NCBI GenBank assembly: GCA_013152415.1 | Contig: JAADGI010000019.1 | Location: 65,592 to 129,591, forward strand | Direction: 5' to 3' | DNA length: 64,000 bases | DNA from: Gammaproteobacteria bacterium | GTDB lineage: Bacteria > Pseudomonadota > Gammaproteobacteria > HyVt-429 | Notes under the pieces: model-generated | The model's database searches: none | The model's input: only the letters and a program-made list of their open reading frames with translations | Told to the model about the DNA's origin: nothing | Position numbers and translations under genes: made by a program | Shown: one piece after another, positions 29,769-43,721 of the stretch | How the letters are laid out: every line of letters begins with the position of its first letter | Numbering within the stretch: the stretch's first letter is position 1

Positions 29769-29803
29769 ACCGCATTTTATCAAAAAACGCCCAAAACTTT
29801 ACA

Positions 29804-30088
29804 TTACTTGGATTCTATTACCTGAACAAAAGTCTCATCCTTTTTAATCATACCGAGCTCGGTGCGGGCGCGCTCCTCTACCGCATCAAACCCTTTGCGC
29901 AGATCAATTACTTCGGCTTCCAAAGTAAGATTGCGCTCGACCCGGCGACTGTTTTCTTCTCCCTGGGCCTGAACTCTCTGGTGTAATTGCCAGGTATCTA
30001 GCAGGTTACCATTGCCCAACCACAAGGCGTACTGCAGGCCCAACAGTACCAGTGTCAGCGTTGTCACGAGCACATTCGTCGGAGACAT
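29804..30088 (-). CDS. ftsB: Cell division protein FtsB
   Basis: An N-terminal TM helix followed by a coiled coil (LWLGNGNLLDTWQLHQRVQA...). It lies downstream of eno, as in Pseudomonas. Confidence 0.85.
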   Translation of the reverse strand: MSPTNVLVTTLTLVLLGLQYALWLGNGNLLDTWQLHQRVQAQGEENSRRVERNLTLEAEVIDLRKGFDAVEERARTELGMIKKDETFVQVIESK

Positions 30089-30198
30089 CGGCTTTAACCT
30101 ATGTTTGATCTCATCTCTTCAATCGACCTGGACGGCATAATGTAGATACTCACCCCGAATCACCTGAATTTCAAGGAAATGGTGAACACATCTTCCCT

Positions 30199-31518
<1,320 letters not shown>

Positions 31519-31751
31519 TTAATTACACATCCCCGCCGTAAGCGGCCGGAGTATCAATACCAATGCCACACCGGCACAGGCCGGTATCCATCTCAAATAA
31601 GACCCTCACCTTCAAACAGCCCTCTGCGTTCCGATATGGGTTCTGACCTCGGCTTTGGCGCCCTGCATCACTCTACCGCCTGCGCCCATGCAGACGTACG
31701 CCAAAATGACGATATTCACCGCTATCGATATTCGCAAACTGCTGCAGAAAA

Positions 31752-34258
<2,507 letters not shown>

Positions 34259-34373
34259 TTAAACACTGTAGAGGGGGAGTCTGGACGATCCCCTGACGGG
34301 GCCACAGTTTAGCAGAGGCGCCACAAAGGCTCAATCAACAAGACCCAATCACACGTCCGCGTGCATGGCCAAA

Positions 34374-35741
34374 TCAACGGGGCTCTACCGTGATGACTAT
34401 GCCACGGGTCGTCGGCATGGCAGCAAACGCGTGGCATGTCCACAGCCCAGCGACGCCCACCAGGGTGTCGCCGATGTAGATCAATGGGATCTGCTGTCGT
34501 TCCCAGGGGGGTATTCCCCTTTCTTGGTAGAGTTTTTTGAGTGCATGGCCACCCTCGCGCCCAGGCAAATGGCAAATTTCCCCACCCTGTCGCCAGCGTA
34601 GGCTGATCCCCGACGAGGGCAGATGACGCGGGTCTATTCCCATCCCGGGACAGTCCATTTTGCTGAGCCGCAGCCCCAATGATTTTATCGTCAGTGGACC
34701 TCCCAAGTCCCACTGGATCTCCTGATCTGCCCCCGGCAACTCAAAGTCGGGGACAATCACCAGGCAATCACGATAGCGACGAATCACCTGCCCCCGCCAA
34801 CACACCCTGGCGCGTCCCGACTCGCCATGTACGACCACCCCCTGGAGGATTTCATCGAGTAAACCCGTGTGGGGTGTTGATCCCACCACGCACCGGCACC
34901 AGTAACGAATAAGATTCTTCTGCCGGATCAGATCAAGACCCGTCACCGCTGCGACTGATAACACCGGTGCTGCGGGTTGAAGCAGCCCACTATACTCCCC
35001 CTGGCACAAGGCCAAATCGGCCCTGGCCAGCTCGTCGAGTAACTGCGCCGCCTCGGCACAATGGGACGCACTACGTGTCAATACCTGGGCCACCTGGGGC
35101 CAACGACCCTGAAGAACCGGAAAAATGCGGTGGCGAATAAAGTTGCGACTAAAGTCGACATCCTGATTGCTGCTGTCATCAACCCAGCATAGTCCATGGA
35201 CCTGGGCGTAACCCCATAGGTCACGTCGGGAGTACCCGAGCAAAGGGCGCAGCAATGTTCCCACACCAAAGGCCCTACGCCGGGGCATGGCCGCCAATCC
35301 CGGTAAGCCCGAACCCCGTAATAACATCATCAATACGGTCTCGGCCTGATCGTCCAAATGGTGGGCGGTGGCCAGAACATCACCGGGCTCGAGGACTCTT
35401 TGCAAACAATCATAACGGGCCTGCCGGGCGGTGGCCTCCAGACTCTCCCGGGCACCCCGCTTGAGCTTGAGTTTTTCTGTTTGGCACACAACCGAAAGTC
35501 GATCACATTGCTCCTGGCAGTGTGTAGCCCAACTGTCGGATTGAGGATTGAGGCCATGATTGATATGCCGGGCCACAAGCTTAAGCCCCATGGACCCACG
35601 TAATTCACTCAAACCATGGAGTAATACGTGGGAATCCATGCCACCGCTGTAGGCCACATGAATTCGTGCGCCCATACCGACCCCCAAGCGTTTTAGGTCT
35701 TCAGCGAGAGAGTCGATTGAAAAGCTGGTGCCGGATGGCAT
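34374..35741 (-). CDS. tilS: tRNA(Ile)-lysidine synthetase
   Basis: The PP-loop motif SGGMDS is present. Confidence 0.85.
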   Translation of the reverse strand: MPSGTSFSIDSLAEDLKRLGVGMGARIHVAYSGGMDSHVLLHGLSELRGSMGLKLVARHINHGLNPQSDSWATHCQEQCDRLSVVCQTEKLKLKRGARESLEATARQARYDCLQRVLEPGDVLATAHHLDDQAETVLMMLLRGSGLPGLAAMPRRRAFGVGTLLRPLLGYSRRDLWGYAQVHGLCWVDDSSNQDVDFSRNFIRHRIFPVLQGRWPQVAQVLTRSASHCAEAAQLLDELARADLALCQGEYSGLLQPAAPVLSVAAVTGLDLIRQKNLIRYWCRCVVGSTPHTGLLDEILQGVVVHGESGRARVCWRGQVIRRYRDCLVIVPDFELPGADQEIQWDLGGPLTIKSLGLRLSKMDCPGMGIDPRHLPSSGISLRWRQGGEICHLPGREGGHALKKLYQERGIPPWERQQIPLIYIGDTLVGVAGLWTCHAFAAMPTTRGIVITVEPR

Positions 35742-35770
35742 GCCTAAACCTGCTTGTGTTATTTATTGGG

Positions 35771-35907
35771 TTCTCGCAGAGGCGCCAAGCACGCAAATAA
35801 TGATTGAATCTATTCACATGGCGATTGACCATGCTGCGGTTTTCAGCGTACCTCGTTTTTTGCCCTTAATTGGCTTTGCCTTGGCGTACTTGGCGTCTCT
35901 GCGAGAG
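35771..35907. repeat. Intergenic inverted-repeat element, copy D
   Basis: TTCTCGCAGAGGCGCCAAGCACGCAAA at one end and GCCTTGGCGTACTTGGCGTCTCTGCGAGAG at the other form inverted arms. Confidence 0.5.
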
Positions 35908-35933
35908 TACCAGACATCAAACATGGATGGGAT

Positions 35934-36896
35934 CTAGCCAACTTGTTCAACCTGGCCGAACTGGATCAAACGCTGGTAGCGCATGTCCAAAAGCTCATCC
36001 ACACTGAGCTGGCTCAATCGATCCAGGTTGCTGCTCAAGGCACGTTTCAAAGTCGCGGCCATAGTATCCATATCACGGTGGGCACCCCCCAAAGGTTCGG
36101 CTACCACCTCATCCACGAGCTGACGTGAAAACAGAATTTCAGCCGTAAGTCCCATGGCCTGGGCAGCCTCAGGGGCCTTATCGGCGCTTTTCCACAAGAT
36201 CGAGGCGCAGCCCTCCGGGGAGATCACCGAATAGGTCGAATATTGCAACATCATCAGATGGTCACAGACGCCGATGGCCAGGGCTCCACCAGAGCCACCC
36301 TCACCAATCACGGTGGCAATGATCGGTGTCTTCAGATCGGCCATTTCGTATAAGTTGCGGGCGATGGCCTCACTCTGGCCGCGCTCCTCAGCCCCCACAC
36401 CGGGATAGGCCCCCGGTGTATCGATAAACGTGATCACCGGCAATTTGAAGCGTTCTGCCAGCTTCATCAGACGCAGGGCCTTGCGATAACCTTCCGGCCT
36501 GGGCATACCGAAATTCCTAAAGAGTTTGTCTTTGGTATCCCGTCCCTTTTGATGCCCAATAACCATGACCGGACGCCCATCCAAGCGACCCAGCCCACCA
36601 ATCAGGGCATGGTCATCGGCAAAGCTGCGATCACCGTGGAGCTCCTGAAAATCATCAATGAAACGTTGAATGTAATCAAAACTAAAGGGGCGTTGGGGGT
36701 GACGGGCCAACTGGGAAATCTGCCAGGTACTGAGTGATGAAAAAACGGATTCCGTCAGCTTGAGACTCTTTTTTTGCAGACGGGCAATCTCATCGCCAAT
36801 ATTAAAATCCTCATTGACACTGACATGGCGTAGTTCTTCTATCTTCGCCTCCAACTCGGCGATGGGTTGCTCAAACTCCAGATAATTTAGATTCAT
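35934..36896 (-). CDS. accA: Acetyl-CoA carboxylase carboxyltransferase alpha subunit
   Basis: [12 protein letters not shown]...[10 protein letters not shown] is the AccA signature. Confidence 0.95.
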   Translation of the reverse strand: MNLNYLEFEQPIAELEAKIEELRHVSVNEDFNIGDEIARLQKKSLKLTESVFSSLSTWQISQLARHPQRPFSFDYIQRFIDDFQELHGDRSFADDHALIGGLGRLDGRPVMVIGHQKGRDTKDKLFRNFGMPRPEGYRKALRLMKLAERFKLPVITFIDTPGAYPGVGAEERGQSEAIARNLYEMADLKTPIIATVIGEGGSGGALAIGVCDHLMMLQYSTYSVISPEGCASILWKSADKAPEAAQAMGLTAEILFSRQLVDEVVAEPLGGAHRDMDTMAATLKRALSSNLDRLSQLSVDELLDMRYQRLIQFGQVEQVG

Positions 36897-37076
36897 GCTG
36901 GCAAGACTATGCGGCTGATGTCAGTAATGTGTACAAATGAATTATGCGCACTATATCAAATTACGGCCCTGGCGTCGCAATGGCTACGACAGGCTGGCTT
37001 GGCTTGCCGGATGCGAAGCACTCCAACCCACAGGCCCGTTCATGCCCGTGACAGACTTAGGCAGGTGGCATCCAAA

Positions 37077-40000
37077 TTACTGGTAGAACACCTCGACCTG
37101 GTCTTGCCCAGCCAGATGGCTCAAACCCTCCAGAATATCTGTGCAAGGCAGGACCTGCCACTCCGGCCCCAAGGCCACCACGGCGGTGGCCTCGACATTC
37201 TCATAGTGCAGATACACCGGGCAACTCCCTGGGTTGATGTGAGGCTTGAGGATGGCCTCCAGGCTGGATAGAAACCCGTTGCTGGCATGGCTCCGATCCA
37301 CCTTGATCACCAGCCGCTTGGCCAGGGATCCCCTTGCCTGGTCCAGGTCATATATCCTGGAGGCGCTCATCTTGAATCCATCGGTGTATTCATCCACGGT
37401 GACCTGACCCTCAACGATGAGTAAAACGTCCTTGCGTAGCAGTTCACGGCAGGACTTATAGGCATCGGCAAACACCGCAATCTCCAATCGACCACTTCGG
37501 TCATCCAGGGTCATAAATGCCATCTTGTCACCACGTCGTGTATTCATGGTACGCAGGGCCACCACCAGGCCTGCGATCGTCAAATTTCGATTTTCTGTGG
37601 GATTGAGTTCTGAAATTTTGCTATCGACGATACGCCCCAGTTCCGCCTCATGCTGGGCAATGGGGTGCCCGGTCAAAAACAGGCCCAAGGTAGCCCGCTC
37701 GCCTTCCAAACGCCTTTGCTCAGACCACTCCGGGGCATCGATATAGCTCCGGTCTGCAATGTCCGTATCTTGCAAGCCGAATATATCCCCTTGGCCTGAA
37801 TCCCGGTCACGGCTGGTCTGTCCTGCAAGACTTAAGGCATTCGACAAAGTTGCACTAAGGCTGGCCCGGTGAGCCCCTAAACTGTCCAGGGCACCGGCCT
37901 GAATCATGGCCTCAAATACCCGTCGGTTGACTCGACCGGGCTCGACTCGCTGGGCCAGATCAAACATATCTTTAAATGAGCCATCTCGATTACGGGCTTC
38001 AAGGCAGGCCTCAATAGCGGACAGGCCGATACCCTTGATCGCCCCCAACCCATAGAGAATCCTGTCCTCACCCAGGGGCATGAAGGCATATTCACAACGA
38101 TTGATGTCGGGCGGCAATATTTCAATATGGAGGTCGCGACATTCGGCGGTCAATCGCACCACCTTGTCAGTGTGATCCATGTCCGCAGACAGGGCAGCGG
38201 CCATAAATGAAGCGGGATAGTGAGTCTTGAGCCAGGCCGTTTGATAGGCAATCAAGGCATAGGCTACGGAGTGGGACTTATTGAAGCCGTAGCCGGCAAA
38301 TTTCTCCATCAAATCAAAAATGTGTGTGGCCTGTCTTTCGTTCACACCACGCGCAGTCGCCCCTTCCACAAACACCGAACGTTGCTTAGCCATCTCCTCG
38401 GGTTTTTTCTTACCCATGGCTCGGCGTAGCAAATCAGCGGCACCCAAAGAATAATTGGCCAACACCTGGGCAATTTGCATGACTTGTTCTTGATAGAGAA
38501 TAACCCCGTAGGTCGGTTTTAAAATAGGCTCCAGATCGGGGTGAGGATAGGCCACTTTGGCGCGGCCATGTTTACGATTGATAAAGTCATCCACCATGCC
38601 CGACTGGAGTGGGCCGGGACGAAACAAGGCGACCGAGGCAACAATGTCATCGAAACTATCCGGGGCCAAACGCCGCAACACATCACGCATCCCTTGAGAT
38701 TCCAGTTGAAACAGGGCAACGGTACGACAGGATCTTAACAGTGCATAGGTCGCTTCATCGTCAGTGGGAATCTGATCAATACGTATGGTCGCCTTGCCTT
38801 CCTGGGCGCATTTGGTGTTAATAATCTTGACCGCCTTATCGATAATGGTGAGGGTGCGCAAGCCCAGAAAATCGAATTTCACCAGACCCACGTCCTCAAG
38901 GTCTTTCATGTCCAACTGGGTTACCAACTGGGTGGCACCCTGCTCACCATAAAGGGGGGTATAGTCCGTCAGTGCTGTGGGGGCGATGACCACACCACCG
39001 GCGTGTTTGCCTGCATTGCGGGGTGTGCCTTCCAGGGACATGGCCACATCAAGCAGCTCCTTGACCTCGGTCTCCTGGTCATATCGCTGTTTGAGCAACT
39101 CCTCCTGCTCTAAAGCCTTTTCCAAAGTCATACCGATCTCGAACGGGATCGTCTTGGCCAATTTATCGACAAAGCCGTAAGGATGGTCGAGCACCCTGCC
39201 GACGTCCCTTACCACTGCACGCGCTGCCATGCTGCCATGGGTAATGATTTGTGCCACTTGGTCCTGACCAAAGCGTTTGGATACATATTCGATAACGCGG
39301 TCACGGCCCTCGATACAAAAATCAATATCAAAATCAGGTAAGGAGACGCGCTCTGGATTGAGGAAGCGCTCAAACAATAATCCATGTTCAATGGGATCGA
39401 TTTCGGTAATGGAGAGGGCATAGGCCACCAGAGATCCGGCACCGGAGCCACGGCCCGGCCCGACAGGTATATCGTTTTCTTTGGCCCAACGAATAAAATC
39501 GGCAACGATTAAAAAATATCCTGCAAAGCCCATGGCATTAATGGTCTCGATCTCCATTTCCAGACGCTGGCGATAGGTGTCTAAAAGACTCTCCAGATCA
39601 AGTTTCAGTTCCAGGGCCTTGAGTCCAACATGGGCCTTTTCCCGCAAGAGCTCATCTACCGTTTGCCCCGCAGGTACCGGAAAGTCAGGCAGATAGTGCT
39701 TACCCAGATCAAAACTCAGATTGCAGCGTTGTGCGATGGCAACGCTATTGGCCAGGGCGGCGGGGATATCCGCAAACAACTTGGCCATCTCATCGGCACT
39801 ACGAAAAAACTGTTGCTCGGTAAACAGACGCGGACGTCGACTGTCGTTCAAGGTGCGCCCTTCTTGTATACACACACGCACCTCATGGGCCTCAAAATCC
39901 TCTGCGGTCAGAAACTGCACCGGATGGGTGGCCACTACGGGTAAATCAAGTGTTTGTGCAAGATCCACCGCCTCGTGTATATAGGCTTCCTGATTGGGGT

Positions 40001-40520
40001 GGCTGCTGCGTTGTAACTCAATGTAGAACCGATCCTTAAACAATTTGCCACAGTGGCCGGCAAGCTGGCGTGCCCGGTCAGCGTTCCCTGCTAATAGCCA
40101 CTGACCGATCTCACCCTCAGTGGCCCCGGACAGGGCAATCAAACCACTGCACTGACCTTCGAACCACTGCATATGCATGCACGGCCGGGTGGACACCTGG
40201 CCCTCGGTATAGGCTCGGGTCAACAGGCGGTTGAGTTCATGGAAACCCGCCTGATTCTGGCACAGTAGAAGCATACGAAAGGGCTGTTTGCCCGGCTCGG
40301 GGTTATGAATCCATACATCACAGCCAAAAAGGGGCTTGATGCCCGCCCTGACTGCAACCCGATAGAGTTTGACCGCCGCGAACAAGTTCGCCAGATCGGT
40401 GACGGCCACCGCTGGCATGTTGAAGCGGCGTGCGGCATTCACCAAGTCGCCCACACGCACCGTACCATCGGCGAGAGAGTATTCGCTGTGAACGCGGAGG
40501 TGGACAAATGGGACAGTCAT
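37077..40520 (-). CDS. dnaE: DNA polymerase III alpha subunit
   Basis: 1147 aa, with a PHP domain at the N-terminus (FVHLRVHSEYS) and a full-length polymerase core. Confidence 0.97.
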   Translation of the reverse strand: MTVPFVHLRVHSEYSLADGTVRVGDLVNAARRFNMPAVAVTDLANLFAAVKLYRVAVRAGIKPLFGCDVWIHNPEPGKQPFRMLLLCQNQAGFHELNRLLTRAYTEGQVSTRPCMHMQWFEGQCSGLIALSGATEGEIGQWLLAGNADRARQLAGHCGKLFKDRFYIELQRSSHPNQEAYIHEAVDLAQTLDLPVVATHPVQFLTAEDFEAHEVRVCIQEGRTLNDSRRPRLFTEQQFFRSADEMAKLFADIPAALANSVAIAQRCNLSFDLGKHYLPDFPVPAGQTVDELLREKAHVGLKALELKLDLESLLDTYRQRLEMEIETINAMGFAGYFLIVADFIRWAKENDIPVGPGRGSGAGSLVAYALSITEIDPIEHGLLFERFLNPERVSLPDFDIDFCIEGRDRVIEYVSKRFGQDQVAQIITHGSMAARAVVRDVGRVLDHPYGFVDKLAKTIPFEIGMTLEKALEQEELLKQRYDQETEVKELLDVAMSLEGTPRNAGKHAGGVVIAPTALTDYTPLYGEQGATQLVTQLDMKDLEDVGLVKFDFLGLRTLTIIDKAVKIINTKCAQEGKATIRIDQIPTDDEATYALLRSCRTVALFQLESQGMRDVLRRLAPDSFDDIVASVALFRPGPLQSGMVDDFINRKHGRAKVAYPHPDLEPILKPTYGVILYQEQVMQIAQVLANYSLGAADLLRRAMGKKKPEEMAKQRSVFVEGATARGVNERQATHIFDLMEKFAGYGFNKSHSVAYALIAYQTAWLKTHYPASFMAAALSADMDHTDKVVRLTAECRDLHIEILPPDINRCEYAFMPLGEDRILYGLGAIKGIGLSAIEACLEARNRDGSFKDMFDLAQRVEPGRVNRRVFEAMIQAGALDSLGAHRASLSATLSNALSLAGQTSRDRDSGQGDIFGLQDTDIADRSYIDAPEWSEQRRLEGERATLGLFLTGHPIAQHEAELGRIVDSKISELNPTENRNLTIAGLVVALRTMNTRRGDKMAFMTLDDRSGRLEIAVFADAYKSCRELLRKDVLLIVEGQVTVDEYTDGFKMSASRIYDLDQARGSLAKRLVIKVDRSHASNGFLSSLEAILKPHINPGSCPVYLHYENVEATAVVALGPEWQVLPCTDILEGLSHLAGQDQVEVFYQ

Positions 40521-40587
40521 AGGTCAATTTCACCCTAATTCGCGGCGGTGGGGAAGTGCTGTAAATATCATCAATAAAATGGGTGGC

Positions 40588-41193
40588 TTAACCAGTGGTG
40601 TCATGGTGACAACGCCGCTTGACCGGCCCAAAACTCAGCCTGTGTACCGGTGTAATCCCCAGCTCATCCAGGGCCTGAATGTGAGCTGCAGTGGGGTAGC
40701 CCTTGTGACGTGCAAAACCGTATCCTGGGTAATCGCGATCCAGACGAACCATTTCCCCATCTCGCTCCACCTTGGCCAAAATCGAGGCTGCAGAAATTTC
40801 CGCCACGCGGCTGTCTCCTCTTACGATAGCACGAACCTGGCAACTCAATTTTGGTGCATGAAGCCCATCGACCAAGGCCAGCTGAGGGGTTACAGACAGG
40901 GCCGTTACCGCCCGTTGCATGGCCAACAGGCTCGCCTGCAGGATATTGATCTCGTCGATCTCTTCCACCTCGGCTCGTCCAGTGGCCCAACAATGGGCAT
41001 CACGCTTAATGACTGCGGCCAACTCGGTGCGCCTCTGGGGACTCAACTTTTTGGAATCTGCCAAACCGGTAATAGGCTTGGCACTGTCCAATACGACCGC
41101 CGCCGCCACCACCGGTCCCGCCAGCGGACCCCGCCCGGCCTCGTCCACCCCCACGGTGATGCCAAATTGCCGACGTAGGGCCTCAAATTCCAT
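40588..41193 (-). CDS. rnhB: Ribonuclease HII
   Basis: [19 protein letters not shown] contains the catalytic DEAGRG motif. The internal start MEFEAL overlaps the lpxB stop. Confidence 0.9.
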   Translation of the reverse strand: MEFEALRRQFGITVGVDEAGRGPLAGPVVAAAVVLDSAKPITGLADSKKLSPQRRTELAAVIKRDAHCWATGRAEVEEIDEINILQASLLAMQRAVTALSVTPQLALVDGLHAPKLSCQVRAIVRGDSRVAEISAASILAKVERDGEMVRLDRDYPGYGFARHKGYPTAAHIQALDELGITPVHRLSFGPVKRRCHHDTTG

Positions 41194-42376
41194 TGTCCGC
41201 CCGCAACATCTCACACACCACCGCCGCGGCCCGACCATGGGCCCCGCGCTTCAATTCGCTATGCATATGCGCGAATGCCTGCTGCACCTCTGTGATCGCA
41301 GCAGCATCCTTGAAATAGCGTTCGACCGCACGGCCAATCTTTTCGGGCTCCGCATTGGCTTGCATCAACTCCGGCACAAGCTGTTTACCGGCGAGGTGAT
41401 TTGGCATGGAATAAAAATCCACATGGGCAAACCAGCGCACCAGAAAATAGGACAACCACGATATACGATAGGCTACCACCATAGGTCGTCGCAACAACGC
41501 GGCCTCCAGGGCTGCGGTACCTGAAGCCAAAATGACCACATCGGCCGCTGCCATAGCCTGATGAGACTGACCTACCTGCGAGGTGATCGGCAGATCTTGT
41601 CTCTCTTTTGCCAAGAGTCTTCTGAAATAGGCCTCACTGCGTTCATCGACAAACGGTGCGATAAAATGGAGCTCAGGGTTGCGTTTTAACAACCAGTTCG
41701 CGGTGCGAATAAAAATTAAGCCCAGGCGCCTGATCTCACTCATTCTGCTCCCAGGCAATATGGCAACAAGGGGTTTATCAGGGTCCAGGCCCAACTTGGT
41801 GCGGGCAATATTCATCGCCATGGGTGAGCCAATCTCATCGGCCATGGGATGGCCTACAAAGCTAACCGGGACATGGTGTTTGCGATAGTAGTCGGCCTCA
41901 AAGGGGAACAAGGTCAGCATATGGTCCACGGCACGACTGATCTTATGGATACGATATCCGCGCCAGGCCCAGACCGTAGGACTGACATAGTGTATGACGG
42001 GGATGCCCCGTCGACGAAGCTTGTGTTCAAGGGTGATGTTGAAGTCGGGAACATCAATCCCAATAAACAGGTCCGGTGGATCGGCGCTGAATTGGTCAAC
42101 TAATGATTTTCGTATTTTTACGATGTCGAACAACTTCTCTGCCAAACCATCTAAGCCCATGACCGAGATACGCTCCATGGCATACATTTGTTGGCAACCC
42201 TGAGCCCGCATGAGCGGTCCACAGATTCCTCTCACCTCAAGTTTGGGTAACTGCTTGTTGAGTTCCCGCAACAGACCTGAACCCAATAAGTCACCAGAAT
42301 GTTCGCCAGCGACAATTCCAATACGCACAATGGGCGAAACGTTATGCATCCCGTGATCTGTTGGCGGTATACCCAA
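41183..42376 (-). CDS. lpxB: Lipid-A-disaccharide synthase
   Basis: [14 protein letters not shown] plus a full-length glycosyltransferase fold. Its position downstream of lpxA is as expected. Confidence 0.9.
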   Translation of the reverse strand: MGIPPTDHGMHNVSPIVRIGIVAGEHSGDLLGSGLLRELNKQLPKLEVRGICGPLMRAQGCQQMYAMERISVMGLDGLAEKLFDIVKIRKSLVDQFSADPPDLFIGIDVPDFNITLEHKLRRRGIPVIHYVSPTVWAWRGYRIHKISRAVDHMLTLFPFEADYYRKHHVPVSFVGHPMADEIGSPMAMNIARTKLGLDPDKPLVAILPGSRMSEIRRLGLIFIRTANWLLKRNPELHFIAPFVDERSEAYFRRLLAKERQDLPITSQVGQSHQAMAAADVVILASGTAALEAALLRRPMVVAYRISWLSYFLVRWFAHVDFYSMPNHLAGKQLVPELMQANAEPEKIGRAVERYFKDAAAITEVQQAFAHMHSELKRGAHGRAAAVVCEMLRADNGI

Positions 42377-42421
42377 GAGTTTGTAAAAGCTCTTTATGAA
42401 AATTTGTGGGTGTTAGAATTA

Positions 42422-42487
42422 GTTCTCGCCAAGACGCGAAGGTCGCCAGGAAACAGGGGGCAAAATCTCGGCATCCTTGGTGTCTTG
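42422..42487. repeat. Short copy (G) of the intergenic inverted-repeat family
   Basis: TTCTCGCCAAGACGCGAAGGTCGCCAGG ... CCTTGGTGTCTTGG. Confidence 0.35.
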
Positions 42488-42507
42488 GTAATTAATAACT
42501 TTTCATG

Positions 42508-43278
42508 CTATCGGATGACGCCACGGTCCGAGCTCTGTATAAATTCTATCAGTTGCCCCACTTCCGGGGTCTCGAGCGACAGGGGCTGCATGGCCTCAAC
42601 GGCCTGCTCCAGGCGCAACCCGGAACGATAGAGCAATTTATACGCCTTTTTAATTTGCGCCATGGCTTGCTCTGAGAATCCACGGCGGCGCAAACCTTTC
42701 ACATTGACACCACGGGGCTGTGCGGCATTTCCTGCAGCAATAAAAAAAGGCGGTATATCCTTAAAGGTCGCAGTCCCAATAGCCGTGATGCTATGGGCAC
42801 CCAGGCGACAGAACTGGTGGACCAGGGTGTAGCCCCCGAGGATACTGTAGTCACCAACCTCCACATGCCCGGCAAGACTGGCAGAATTCACAAATATGGT
42901 ATGGTCGCCCACCTGACAATCGTGGGCGATGTGACAATAGGCCATAATTAGATTGTCACTGCCAATCCGGGTGACACCACCACCCTGGGTGGTGCCACGA
43001 TTGAGTGTGCAATACTCGCGTATCGTATTGCCATCACCGATCTCCAGGGTTGTCTTTTCGCCCCGGTAACCCAAATGCTGCGGGGCATCACCAATAGAAC
43101 TGAATTGATAAATCTTGTTTTCTTTGCCGATATGCGTCGGGCCATTTAGCACCACATGCGGACCAATCCAACTTCCCTCTTCGATAACAACACCTGCGCC
43201 AATGGTGGTAAACGGCCCCACATCAACGCCCTCTGCAATTATCGCATCGGGGTCAATAACCGCACTAGGGTGAATCAC
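42508..43278 (-). CDS. lpxA: UDP-N-acetylglucosamine O-acyltransferase
   Basis: Hexapeptide repeats (left-handed beta helix) are present. The protein is 256 aa. Confidence 0.95.
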   Translation of the reverse strand: MIHPSAVIDPDAIIAEGVDVGPFTTIGAGVVIEEGSWIGPHVVLNGPTHIGKENKIYQFSSIGDAPQHLGYRGEKTTLEIGDGNTIREYCTLNRGTTQGGGVTRIGSDNLIMAYCHIAHDCQVGDHTIFVNSASLAGHVEVGDYSILGGYTLVHQFCRLGAHSITAIGTATFKDIPPFFIAAGNAAQPRGVNVKGLRRRGFSEQAMAQIKKAYKLLYRSGLRLEQAVEAMQPLSLETPEVGQLIEFIQSSDRGVIR

Positions 43279-43721
43279 TCATTATCCTTATAGGTAAACA
43301 TAACACTCGCGGTACAACACAAATTATCATCTACCGACCCTGTTACCGCACATTTCCACATGCTGCGAATTTCACGTTCGAGTGTTACCTGAATCATAAA
43401 CTGATCACCCGGTTCTACGGGGCGCTTGAACCTCGCTTTGTCTATACCCACAAAGTAGTATATGCGTTTGTCGTTTGCCTTGGCATCAATACCCAACGAG
43501 GCCAGAATGGCCGCTGCCTGGACCATCGACTCCAACATCAACACCCCGGGCATCACCGGACGATAAGGGAAGTGTCCCTGAAAAAAAGGTTCATTGAAGG
43601 TTACATTTTTAATTGCCGTCAGTTTCTCGCCTATGGTGTAATCAAGCACTCGATCAACCAACAGAAAAGGATACCGATGGGGCAGATATTCGAGCACCTT
43701 ATGAATATCAAGATCGGTCAC
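43275..43721 (-). CDS. fabZ: 3-hydroxyacyl-ACP dehydratase
   Basis: LPHRYPFLLVDRV is the FabZ hot-dog fold signature. Confidence 0.95.
   Translation of the reverse strand: MTDLDIHKVLEYLPHRYPFLLVDRVLDYTIGEKLTAIKNVTFNEPFFQGHFPYRPVMPGVLMLESMVQAAAILASLGIDAKANDKRIYYFVGIDKARFKRPVEPGDQFMIQVTLEREIRSMWKCAVTGSVDDNLCCTASVMFTYKDNE

Noticed and set aside
29468-29770. 100-aa ORF on the - strand in the ftsB-downstream gap
   Set aside because: It overlaps the repeat fragment, is Cys/Arg-rich with no motifs, and is a weak coding candidate. It is kept as non-coding.
40579-41524. Two ~200-aa + strand ORFs overlapping rnhB/lpxB
   Set aside because: They are antisense to confidently assigned genes and have Arg/Gly/Pro-rich composition.
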